DNA from: a virus
Taxonomy: Duplodnaviria > Caudoviricetes
Virus record (IMG/VR): IMGVR_UViG_2931714059_000002
Span: 16,218 to 80,217 of that record
Reading direction: 5' to 3' (one strand)
DNA: 64,000 nt
A program made the translations under genes and the position numbers. Positions 28,551-37,647 of this stretch are shown here, piece after piece. Position 1 is the stretch's first letter. Each line of letters starts with the position of its first letter. Under the pieces are notes generated by a model. That model was not told the DNA's origin. It worked only from the letters and a program-made list of their open reading frames with translations, and did not search any database.

Positions 28551-30068
28551 ATGGCCTGGCCCTGGAGGCGGTCCCGCCCGCCCATCGACCCTGGCGACGG
28601 CGCCGTGCAGCGGCACGAGGTCGCCGGCACGCTGCTCTCATCCGCCGCGCTCGTGTCCCGCAGGCAGGTCCGTACCGTCCTCGGTCAGCGCCAGCCGTGG
28701 CAGGCCGAGGCATGGGATATGTACGACCGGGTCAGCGAGATCAAGTCCGGCACCCGCTGGGCGAGCAACGCCTGCTCCCGCGCCCGCCTGTACGTCGGGC
28801 GTGTCGACCCGGACGGCAGCTCGGAGCCGGCACCAATCGACGCGCAGGACGACGACGAGGACCAGGAGCTGGTGGCGCAGCTCCTCGCGCCGCTGGGCGA
28901 GCTGGCCGGTGGGCAGGACGGGCAGTCCGAGATGCTGCGGCGGATGTCCATCCTGCTGGACGTCCCCGGGGAGATGTACCTCGTGGGGTACGACGACGAG
29001 CAGCTGGGCCGCCGGTGGGTCGTGGCCTCTCCCAGCGAGATCCGCTCAGGCGGGGGCGGGCGGATCCACCTCGCCAGCCAGGAGATCCCGGGCGCGCAGA
29101 TCAAGCTGCACCTGGACTCGGCATCCGTGATTCGGATCTGGCACCCGCACGCGCAGTGGGCCGCCCGGCCCGACAGCCCGATGCAGGCCCTCCTCGACCC
29201 GCTCCGGGAGCTACAGGGCCTGTCCGGACACGTCATGGCCACCACCGACTCGCGCCTGGCGGGCGCCGGCCTGCTGCTGGCGTCGCAGGACGTGGTGCCT
29301 GGCGCGATGGGACAGAGCGAGGGCGCCAATCCGGCGCACGGTGGGGCCCTCGCCCAGGCGCTGCTGGAGGCCATGGCCACGCCTCTCAAGGACCGTGACT
29401 CGGCTGCGAGCATTGTGCCGCTGCTGCTGACCGCTCCCGGCGACATCAAGGGCAAGCTGGAGCACATTGACTTCGTGACCCAACTGGACAAGGAGGTGCT
29501 GCCGCTGCGGGAGTCCGCGATCCGACGCGTCGCCGTCGGGATGGACATGCCGCCCGAACAGCTCCTGGGCCTGGGCGACATCAACCACTGGTCCGCTTGG
29601 CTGGTCGAGGAGACCGGCGTCAAACTGCATATCAGTCCCAAGCTGGGGCTGCTGTGCCACGCCCTGAACACGCACTTCTACCGGCCGTCTCTGCGCGCCC
29701 TCGGGGTCCCGAACCCCGAGCAGTACACGATCTGGTACAACACCTCGGCTCTGGAGCGACGCGCCAACTCCGGGCCCGAAGCGGCGCAGGCGCACGAGCG
29801 CGGGCTGCTGTCCGACATCTCGTACCTGCGGGCGCTCGGCTACTCCCGCGACGACATGCCGGACGACGTCGAGCAGGAGCGGCGCGTGCTGCTGCGGATC
29901 GCCCTGGCGCACCCCTACCTGGCGCCCCCGATCCTCGCCGACCTGGGCATCACCGTGCCGGGCCTCGCGGAGGCCGCCGCCGCCATGCCGCGCCGTACCG
30001 CGACAACGGCCCCGGCCTCACCGGCAGCTGAGCCGCAGCTGTCCCGACCCGGGCCCCCCGCCTCATGA
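28551..30068 (+). CDS. Portal protein
   Basis: Position after TerL; WQAEAW.MYD, SRLAGAG, GMDMPPEQLLG, NHWSAW motifs of actinophage portals. Confidence 0.85.
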   Translation: MAWPWRRSRPPIDPGDGAVQRHEVAGTLLSSAALVSRRQVRTVLGQRQPWQAEAWDMYDRVSEIKSGTRWASNACSRARLYVGRVDPDGSSEPAPIDAQDDDEDQELVAQLLAPLGELAGGQDGQSEMLRRMSILLDVPGEMYLVGYDDEQLGRRWVVASPSEIRSGGGGRIHLASQEIPGAQIKLHLDSASVIRIWHPHAQWAARPDSPMQALLDPLRELQGLSGHVMATTDSRLAGAGLLLASQDVVPGAMGQSEGANPAHGGALAQALLEAMATPLKDRDSAASIVPLLLTAPGDIKGKLEHIDFVTQLDKEVLPLRESAIRRVAVGMDMPPEQLLGLGDINHWSAWLVEETGVKLHISPKLGLLCHALNTHFYRPSLRALGVPNPEQYTIWYNTSALERRANSGPEAAQAHERGLLSDISYLRALGYSRDDMPDDVEQERRVLLRIALAHPYLAPPILADLGITVPGLAEAAAAMPRRTATTAPASPAAEPQLSRPGPPAS

Positions 30069-31150
30069 CCGCGCCCGTCGAGCAGGCCGCGGCGTGGCGC
30101 CGGTCGTGCCTGGACATGGCTACCCGCCGGGCTCTGGAGCGCGCCGGGCAGTGGCTGCTGCACTCCAGCGGCCGGCCCCTACGCGGCCAGTACCGGCACG
30201 TACCGCTGCACTCCATCCACGTGCACGTCGCGGCGCAGCAGCACCAGGTCGACCGCATGCTGCACGGGGCGTACCGCGAGTTCGTGGCCTCGACTCCCGA
30301 CCAGGTGGCGCTGCACCAGTCCGTCGACCAGTACGTGCGGGCCCTGATCCTGTCCCGGGAGGAGCACCGCACGGAGTATCTCGACACGGTCATCCGCCAG
30401 TCCGAGCAGCCCGAGGCCGTCGCCGAGGCCGAGATGTACACCGCGGTGCGCGCGGCCGTCGGCGAGTACCTGGACGCCGTCCGGACCGGGCTCCTCGGCC
30501 TGGACGCGCTCACGGCCGCCGCCGGCGGGCCGGATGACCCGCTGGACTGGTCGGCATGGCCGGACGCCTCGGTGTGGTCCCGGATCGTGGAGCGCGTCAT
30601 CGCCCCTGTGCAGCGCCGGATCTGGGAGCGCTCCTACCGGCAGGCCGCACCGGACGCCCCGGCCGGCGCCGAGGCTGCGGCGGACGACCTGAGCCGGACG
30701 CTGGTGGAGCGGCTCTCCGGACTGCCCCGCCGTGTGTGGGACCGGCTGCGCGCCGCAACCAGCACGGGGCTGGCGCGCGGTGAGCAGCTGCCGGAGCTGC
30801 GGGCCCGCCTCGGGCAGCAGGCCACGCTCGAGGAGTGGGACGGCACCATCCGCACGATGACCCGCACCGAGACCATGTCCGCCCTCAACTCCGGCGGCCT
30901 CGCGGCGGCCATCGACGAGCAGGACCGCACCGGCCGCACCTGGACCAAGACCTGGGTGGCCACCCTCGACGGCCGCACCCGGCCGTCGCACGCCGCCGCA
31001 GATGGCCAGACCCGGCCCATCGGCGAGCCGTTCACCGTCGGCGCCGCCCGGCTCCAGCACCCAGGCGATCCGCTCGCGCCGCCCGGCGAGACCGTCAACT
31101 GCCGCTGTACCGCCACCTATCGCCTCTCATCTGGAGGATCTGCACGATGA
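30065..31150 (+). CDS. MuF-like minor head protein
   Basis: RTE..KTWVATLDGRTRPSH..DGQ..F.VG..PGDP..NCRC. Confidence 0.88.
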   Translation: MTAPVEQAAAWRRSCLDMATRRALERAGQWLLHSSGRPLRGQYRHVPLHSIHVHVAAQQHQVDRMLHGAYREFVASTPDQVALHQSVDQYVRALILSREEHRTEYLDTVIRQSEQPEAVAEAEMYTAVRAAVGEYLDAVRTGLLGLDALTAAAGGPDDPLDWSAWPDASVWSRIVERVIAPVQRRIWERSYRQAAPDAPAGAEAAADDLSRTLVERLSGLPRRVWDRLRAATSTGLARGEQLPELRARLGQQATLEEWDGTIRTMTRTETMSALNSGGLAAAIDEQDRTGRTWTKTWVATLDGRTRPSHAAADGQTRPIGEPFTVGAARLQHPGDPLAPPGETVNCRCTATYRLSSGGSAR

Positions 31151-33297
31151 CCCAGCGCACGCACTGGCGGTCTCTGACAGCCGCCGCCGCCCCGATCGAG
31201 GTCGCCGACGACGGCACGTGGAGCGGCCCGATCACGTGGACTGACACCTGGTCGGCGGACGGCCGGCGTCTCGCAGCGCTCGACGGCGAGATCCCGACCC
31301 GGCCCCTGCCCCTGCCCGTCGCCGTGCAGTGGCACCTGGCGCAGGGGCACGAAGGCGCCGAGGTCGGCCTGGCCCGCCTCGATGAGGTGTGGCAGGACGG
31401 GCACGCGGTCTGGGGCCGGGGCGTCATCGACATGCAGGACCCACGCGGCCCCGAGCTGGCCCGGAAGATCCGCAACGGATTCCTCCGATTCGCTTCCGCC
31501 GACGTGGACGACGTGGAGATGCGAGCCGTCGCGATCGGCCCGGACGGGGAAGTCCTCGACAGCGAGCCGCCCGAGGGCGGGGCAGTCGGGGAGCTGTGGA
31601 CTCGCTGGCGCATCATGGGCGTGACTCTCCTCGCTCACCCCGCTTTCCCGGGCGCGCACATCGCCGTTGCGCCGACTACGCCCGCCCCGGAGCCGGAGGC
31701 CACGCCGGTACCCGTGGAGGTCGAGCTGACCGCCGCTGCTGAGCTGGCAGAGGATGACGAGGACGACGGCCAGGAACCGGAGCCGGACGGCCCCGTCGCG
31801 GCCGGCCTCGTCATCAAAGCCGCGGACACCGGCCGTGTGCTGATGCTCCAGCGGTCCCTGGACGACGATGACGACCCGGCCCGCGGCACGTGGGAGTTCC
31901 CCGGCGGCGGCATTGAGGACGGCGAGGAGCCGCTGCACGCGGCGCTCCGCGAGTGGCAGGAGGAGACCGGCGCGACCCTGCCGGAGGACCTGCTGATCTC
32001 GGACGGGTGGATCTCCGAGAACGGCGTGTACGCCGGGTTCATCGCGGTAGTCCCCACCGAAGACACCATCGCCATCAACACCGATCACGAGGACCGGAAG
32101 GTCCGCAACCCGGACGACCCCGACGGCGACCACATCGAGGTCGTCGCCTGGTGGGACCCGGCCGAACTGCCCGACATGCCAGCGCTCCGCGACGAGGTCC
32201 GGGCCACCCCGTGGCACCTCATCGCCGAGGCGCGCATCGCCGAGGAGCCGGACGACGGCCCGGCCGATGACGTGCCCGATGGCGAGCTGAGCGGCGCCCT
32301 CACGGCGGCGGCGTTCCGGCTGGATGGCTGGACCCCGCCCGCCGCGTGGTTCGCGGACCCGCAGATGCCGGGCCCGCAGCCCATCACCGTGGACGACGAC
32401 GGCCGCGTGTCCGGGCACCTCGCCGCTTGGCACGTGCCCCACCGCTCCTACCCAGGGCGCGACATCACCGCACCCCGCAGCAGCACCGGCTACGCCGCGT
32501 TCAACACCAGGCCGCTGGCAACCGCTGACGGCCTGGTCGACGTCGGCCTCATCACCATGGACACCGGGCACGCCGGCCTCCAGCTCGGCCGTCAGCAGGC
32601 CGCGCGGCACTACGACGACACCGGCACCATGGCCGCTGTCGTCCGCGCCGGGGAGGACGCGCACGGCATCTGGCTGGCGGGGGCCGTCCTGCCGTGGCTG
32701 ACGGACGAGCAGCGGATGCGGCTGTCCCTGTCACGGTTCTCCGGTGACTGGCGCAGCGAGAGCGGGGCGATGGAGCTGGTGGCCGCGCTCGCCGTCAACA
32801 CCGAGGGCTTCCCCGTGCCAGCGGCACCGTCCGGTGACCGGGAGGAGTACGCGCTGATCGCGGCCGGGGCGCTGCCCAGCAGCCGGCAGACCGCCCGCGT
32901 GACGGCCGCGCTCGATGCCGGGCGGCGCCTCCAGACGTGGCAGGCCGGGCGGTCGATCCGCTCCCCCCGGATGCTGGCGCTGGCCGCGTCCGCCAGCGAA
33001 CCGACCGACCGGGAGGAGGACCTACCGCCTCTGGACGGCATCGAGCCCGACCCCGAGGCCCTCGCGGAGGCCCTGAACTGGGTAGACGACGTGGGCGGGC
33101 TGCCCAGGTACATCCGCCGGATCGCGGATCACCTGATGCGGGAGGGCCGCACCGAGTCCCACGCCATTGCCATCGCCGTCAACGCGGTCAAGCGCTGGTG
33201 CCGGGGCGGCGGCGACGTGAAGGCCGACACCCGCGCGAAGGCGTGCGCGGCCGTCGCCGAGTGGACCGCGAAGCGGGCGCGCGCCCGCGCGTCCTGA
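31147..33297 (+). CDS. Capsid maturation protease-like protein with inserted Nudix hydrolase domain
   Basis: N-terminal DGR..PLP..H..G..S..PAF; Nudix box GGGIEDGEEPLHAALREWQEETG; GEDAHGIWLAG..SGDWR. Confidence 0.8.
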   Translation: MTQRTHWRSLTAAAAPIEVADDGTWSGPITWTDTWSADGRRLAALDGEIPTRPLPLPVAVQWHLAQGHEGAEVGLARLDEVWQDGHAVWGRGVIDMQDPRGPELARKIRNGFLRFASADVDDVEMRAVAIGPDGEVLDSEPPEGGAVGELWTRWRIMGVTLLAHPAFPGAHIAVAPTTPAPEPEATPVPVEVELTAAAELAEDDEDDGQEPEPDGPVAAGLVIKAADTGRVLMLQRSLDDDDDPARGTWEFPGGGIEDGEEPLHAALREWQEETGATLPEDLLISDGWISENGVYAGFIAVVPTEDTIAINTDHEDRKVRNPDDPDGDHIEVVAWWDPAELPDMPALRDEVRATPWHLIAEARIAEEPDDGPADDVPDGELSGALTAAAFRLDGWTPPAAWFADPQMPGPQPITVDDDGRVSGHLAAWHVPHRSYPGRDITAPRSSTGYAAFNTRPLATADGLVDVGLITMDTGHAGLQLGRQQAARHYDDTGTMAAVVRAGEDAHGIWLAGAVLPWLTDEQRMRLSLSRFSGDWRSESGAMELVAALAVNTEGFPVPAAPSGDREEYALIAAGALPSSRQTARVTAALDAGRRLQTWQAGRSIRSPRMLALAASASEPTDREEDLPPLDGIEPDPEALAEALNWVDDVGGLPRYIRRIADHLMREGRTESHAIAIAVNAVKRWCRGGGDVKADTRAKACAAVAEWTAKRARARAS

Positions 33298-33322
33298 CGA
33301 ACCGAAAGATCAAGGAGAAGCC

Positions 33323-33520
33323 ATGTCTTGCTGTGGACGTACCGGCCGAGGCGCCGCCCGCCCCCTATCCCAGTCCGGCCAGCCCGTCGCGTGGCGGCAC
33401 TACCAGCCATCCGGCGGCAGCGTCGACTACGCCGATCGGGACCGCGCCGACCACGCCAGGGACAAGATCGGCGGCACCGTTACCAAGATCGACACCCGGA
33501 CAGGAGCACCCATCGCATGA
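33323..33520 (+). CDS. Small virion-associated protein (MSCCG)
   Basis: AAGGAG RBS. Confidence 0.7.
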   Translation: MSCCGRTGRGAARPLSQSGQPVAWRHYQPSGGSVDYADRDRADHARDKIGGTVTKIDTRTGAPIA

Positions 33521-33741
33521 TCGACGCCACCGGCCGCCACCCGGCCGTACAAGCCCTCGCCCGACACTTCGAGTACGGGCACCTACGGGAGGATCTCCAG
33601 CCCGTCAGCAAGCTGTTCCACGACCTGGCAGCCGAACTGCTGCCGCTGGTGCCCGACGACCCGGAGCTGACAGCGGCTCTGCGGCACCTGCTGGAGGCCA
33701 AGGACGCCGCCGTGAGGGCCGCCGTCGTCGCATCCGAGTGA
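33517..33741 (+). CDS. Conserved small phage protein
   Basis: F.Y.HL..LQ.VS..F..LA..ELT..LR.LLEAKDAAVRA. Confidence 0.75.
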   Translation: MIDATGRHPAVQALARHFEYGHLREDLQPVSKLFHDLAAELLPLVPDDPELTAALRHLLEAKDAAVRAAVVASE

Positions 33742-33745
33742 CCAG

Positions 33746-33766
33746 CCCGTACACGCATATACCCTG
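33746..33766 (+). promoter_or_regulatory. Late-promoter motif before the major capsid gene
   Basis: CCCGTACACGCATATACCCTG. Confidence 0.85.
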
Positions 33767-33830
33767 ACACTGCTCTGACTGGTTGGTGGACCGAGAGCTC
33801 GTGACGACCCCTGTCTGAGGACTGGACCCC

Positions 33831-35642
33831 ATGAGCTTTCTGACCGATCTGCTTGCCCGCCTCGCCGACCTGCCCGAGGACCAGCGCGCCGACGCCATCC
33901 GGGAGGCGCTGACCTCGGCGGCCGACCTCGACACCGGCGCCCTGAGCGCCGATGTCGTGGCTCGCTTCGCCGCCGCCCAGGAGGCCGGCATCACTTCCGA
34001 TGAGGAGGTCGCCGCCGTCCAGGTCCTGGCCGCCGTTGCCGACGGCATCCAGGCCCACGAGCAGGCCACGGAGGCGCGGCAGGAGCAGCTGGCCAGCGTG
34101 ACCTCCCGCATCAACACCCTGGTGCCGCCCAACCCCGAACCGGCCGGAGAGCCCACCGGGGCGGACCCGGCGCCCGCCCCGGCCGAGCCGGTGGCCGCCG
34201 AACCGGCCCCGGCGCCGCAGGCCGTCGCCGCCTCGGCTGTGCGGCCCTCCCCCGCGCCGATCCCGCTGGGCCGCGTGCCGTCCACCCCGCCCCCCGCCAC
34301 CGACTCGGAGCCGGGCCGCGACACGTACTCGCTGGTCGCCGCCGCTGACGTGTCCGTCGGGACCTCGACCTACCAGGCGGGTCTGAAGCTCGACGGCCTG
34401 GTGGACTTCGGGAAGATCTGGGGCGAGCGGATGCGGGCCGTCCTCGGCAGCAAGGGCCGCGAACGTCGCCAGGTGCCGATCGCTCGTATCCAGCGGCACA
34501 GCCCTGCCGAGCTGACTGTCGGCGACGCCACCGACCACGTGCGCGGCCAGGAGGTCATGCGGCTGGCGACGGACGAGTCCCGCCTTCCGGGCGGAAGCCT
34601 CGTCGCCGCGGGCGGCTGGTGCGCGCCGTCCGAGACGCTGTACGACCTGTGCGACCTGCGGATCAGCGACCAGGGCATGGTGTCGCTCCCGACGATCACC
34701 GCGACCCGGGGCGGCATCCGCTACCCGTCCGATTTCGACTGGGCCGCGCTGTGGGGCTCGGTGGGCTTCCACCAGACCGAGGCCCAGGCGATCGCGGGCG
34801 AGCCGAAGCCGTGCCTGGAGGTGCCCTGCGACGACGACTTTCAGGAGTGCCGTCTCGACGTGGACGGCGTGTGCATCCGCACGCCGATCCTCACCGAACG
34901 CGGCTGGCCTGAAAGGGTCGCGCAGTTCACGGAGGGTGCTCTCGCGATCCACAAGCACCAGCTGAATGCGCGCACGATCGCGCGCATGGAGGCGCTGTCC
35001 ACGGCGATCACCATGCCCGCACCGGGCGCCCCGGACCCGCAGGCCGCGGTGACCGACCTGCACGGGCCTGGGGCGATCGAGTCGGTGCTGTCGATGCTGG
35101 AGCTCCAGGTCCAGTACCAGCGGTACCGCGAGCGCCTGGACCAGGGCCAGAGCCTGGAGATGCTGGCGCCGTTCTGGCTGCGTGGCATCTTGAAGTCGGA
35201 CTTGAGGAAGAAGCTGGGGATCGATAACCGCTGGTCAGTGACCGACGCCCAGCTGGACACCTACCTGCGCAGCGTCGGTGTCGCCCCGCAGTGGGTGTAC
35301 GACTGGCAGGACGCCTACGCCGATGGCGATGAGGGCGGGTTCGGCGGGATCGTGCCCACCGCGTGGCCCGGCGAGGTCAAGATCCTCCTGTACCGCGCCG
35401 GGACTTTCTTCCAGCTCCAGGCCGATGTCATCTCGCTCGATGGCGTGTACGACCACGACAGCCTCACCCGCAACATGTACACCTCCCTCTTCACCGAGGA
35501 AGGGACTCAGGTCTGCCGCCGCTGCGGCGAGTCCTACGTGATCACCATCCCGCTGTGCGCGTCCGGTCTGTCGGGCGGCGTGCAGTCGGTCACCTGCATC
35601 ACGGCTCCGCCTGCCGAGCCGGCTGAGGCCCCGGCTGCCTGA
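33831..35642 (+). CDS. Major capsid protein with N-terminal scaffold-like domain
   Basis: LVAAGGWCAPSET.YD motif; coiled-coil/Pro-Ala N-terminus; D..L..N.Y..LFTEEG. Confidence 0.85.
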   Translation: MSFLTDLLARLADLPEDQRADAIREALTSAADLDTGALSADVVARFAAAQEAGITSDEEVAAVQVLAAVADGIQAHEQATEARQEQLASVTSRINTLVPPNPEPAGEPTGADPAPAPAEPVAAEPAPAPQAVAASAVRPSPAPIPLGRVPSTPPPATDSEPGRDTYSLVAAADVSVGTSTYQAGLKLDGLVDFGKIWGERMRAVLGSKGRERRQVPIARIQRHSPAELTVGDATDHVRGQEVMRLATDESRLPGGSLVAAGGWCAPSETLYDLCDLRISDQGMVSLPTITATRGGIRYPSDFDWAALWGSVGFHQTEAQAIAGEPKPCLEVPCDDDFQECRLDVDGVCIRTPILTERGWPERVAQFTEGALAIHKHQLNARTIARMEALSTAITMPAPGAPDPQAAVTDLHGPGAIESVLSMLELQVQYQRYRERLDQGQSLEMLAPFWLRGILKSDLRKKLGIDNRWSVTDAQLDTYLRSVGVAPQWVYDWQDAYADGDEGGFGGIVPTAWPGEVKILLYRAGTFFQLQADVISLDGVYDHDSLTRNMYTSLFTEEGTQVCRRCGESYVITIPLCASGLSGGVQSVTCITAPPAEPAEAPAA

Positions 35643-35771
35643 CCCTCCCCCTGATCAGGCGGCCCGGAGAGCGACGCGCGACACGCATCCATCCCCCCAG
35701 CGGTGCGTGTCGCGCGGTGCCCACTCCCACCTCTCCGGGCCGCCGCCCCGTCGACCAGCGCGGAGGCGCTC

Positions 35772-37184
35772 ATGTCCACTCCCACACCGGCCGCGCCACG
35801 CGCGGAGGTCGCTCCGCCGCCGCTGGAGCCGTACAGCTACGGCCTGCTGTCCGTCGCCCGCGTCATGTCAGGCGAGGGCCGGTGGCAGGTCGGCGGTGTC
35901 GAGTACCCCACCGACGCGTGCGCTCAGGGCGGGTCAGTGCCTGGGTCGTGCCCGGTGCCCGTGGGTGGCGGTGAGGAGCGCACCGCTGTCCTGACCGCGA
36001 CGCCGGGTGGCGGGGACGGCACGGGCGGGTACGGGGTGCTGGTGGTGCCGGCTGCGCCGGACTCAACGTCTGGTGTGGTGTTGGTCGCTGACGAGCGGCT
36101 GCCGGGCCCGGTCGATGTCGAGGTCGTCCCGCCCGGCGAGCTGGGCCTGCTGCGCATGCAGCTCCAGCCCGGTCAGCGGCACGAGTTGGCGACGCCGGCC
36201 GACGGGCTGTGGCGCCTGGCGGTCGGCGCCGGGGACTGCCCCGAGGTCGGCTGGGAGGTGCCTTACGCGGCTGGTCAGGAGGCTCTCGCGGGCTGCCTGA
36301 CGATCGCCTACCCGGTGGTGTGGTCGTCGTCCCCGGACAGCGAGACCGCGGTGACCTACGAGGTCCACGACACCAGCACCCAGGAGGTCGTGGACCGGGG
36401 CACGGTCGCGCCGGGCGAGACCCGGCCGCCGGTTGTCTACCCGTCGCCTGGCACCTACGAGCTGACGTTCCGCATCCCGGGCGCCGGCAACACGGTGGAA
36501 GGGCAGCTGTCGCTGCCGGGCGGCACGCTGACGCAGGACCTGCTGCTCGTCACCCCGGCGGGCTCGTCGCACGACAAGCCGATCGGCGGCGGCCTGGACT
36601 GGGTCAGTGGCGCACTGCCGTTCACGGTGTACAGCAGGGCCGAGTGCAACCGGGTGGGCTTCCCGGAGGCCGTGGCCGTCGCTGAGCGCCGCCTGCGCCT
36701 CATCGAGGAGCGTGAGGTCGAGCGCGCGTTCAGCCTCTACCTGGGGACCCTGACGCACCGACTGCCGCTCGGCGAGGACCCGGTGCCGCTGCTCGTGGCG
36801 CTCGGCGCGCTGGAGCAGGACGCCGCCCTGCACTACGCCGGCGCTCCGACGCTCCACGCCCCGCGCTGGACACAGCCGGCGTGGACGCACCTCAGCCTCG
36901 TGGAGCCGGCCGGGCCCATGATGCGCACCGCCGTCACGAGCCGAGTCGCGTTCGGCGGCGGCTACTACGACGACCCACGCGCGCCGCTGCCGCCCGCCCC
37001 CGCCAGTGGCGAGTTCTGGTTGCTGGCGACCGGCACGGTCACCGCCCGCCGCAGCTCGCCCTTCACCCGCGAGGCGTTCGATCCGCCGACCAACCGTGCG
37101 CTGGCGATCAGCGAGCGCACCTACGCCCTTGACCACGACTGCTACACCGCGGCCGTCCTCGTCTCCCTCGGAGGTACCCCCTGA
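35772..37184 (+). CDS. Putative minor capsid/decoration protein with internal beta-rich insertion
   Basis: Follows MCP; YGLLSVA..W..GV.Y; N...AISERTY...DC. Confidence 0.65.
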   Translation: MSTPTPAAPRAEVAPPPLEPYSYGLLSVARVMSGEGRWQVGGVEYPTDACAQGGSVPGSCPVPVGGGEERTAVLTATPGGGDGTGGYGVLVVPAAPDSTSGVVLVADERLPGPVDVEVVPPGELGLLRMQLQPGQRHELATPADGLWRLAVGAGDCPEVGWEVPYAAGQEALAGCLTIAYPVVWSSSPDSETAVTYEVHDTSTQEVVDRGTVAPGETRPPVVYPSPGTYELTFRIPGAGNTVEGQLSLPGGTLTQDLLLVTPAGSSHDKPIGGGLDWVSGALPFTVYSRAECNRVGFPEAVAVAERRLRLIEEREVERAFSLYLGTLTHRLPLGEDPVPLLVALGALEQDAALHYAGAPTLHAPRWTQPAWTHLSLVEPAGPMMRTAVTSRVAFGGGYYDDPRAPLPPAPASGEFWLLATGTVTARRSSPFTREAFDPPTNRALAISERTYALDHDCYTAAVLVSLGGTP

Positions 37185-37645
37185 TGCCGCCCGTCATCTA
37201 CCCGGAGCCCGGCGAGCGCCTGCCCGCGCTGGTGCGCCGCACGCTGGCCGCTCTGCCGGCCGATCAGCGGCACCGCGTCACGGTGGTGACTGGCGGCGTG
37301 CGGTACGGCCTGGACGTGCCCGATGTCCTCACCGCGCCGGATGCACCGCCGCCCCACACCGACGACCACGGTCCGGCCGACGGCGGGATCGTCAACTCCG
37401 CCGCCCTGAAGCACATCGGGGAGGGCGGCGGACCGATCGAGGTGCTCCCCCCGTCCCAGCTGCCCGACGGTCTCGTGACCGCCTCGCTCCCCCAGGGCGA
37501 CGACGGCCCCGAGCAGACCGAAGACCTCCCGGCTGATGCCAAGGACGAGACCCCCCTCGACCCCCTGACCGCCGCCTTGACCGCCGCCCCGACCCCCCGC
37601 AAGACCAACAGCAGCAGCGCCAAGCGGCGCCGCGCGAAGGAGTAA
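37184..37645 (+). CDS. Hypothetical structural protein
   Basis: GGAGG RBS; TGATG coupling. Confidence 0.65.
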   Translation: MPPVIYPEPGERLPALVRRTLAALPADQRHRVTVVTGGVRYGLDVPDVLTAPDAPPPHTDDHGPADGGIVNSAALKHIGEGGGPIEVLPPSQLPDGLVTASLPQGDDGPEQTEDLPADAKDETPLDPLTAALTAAPTPRKTNSSSAKRRRAKE

Positions 37646-37647
37646 CG

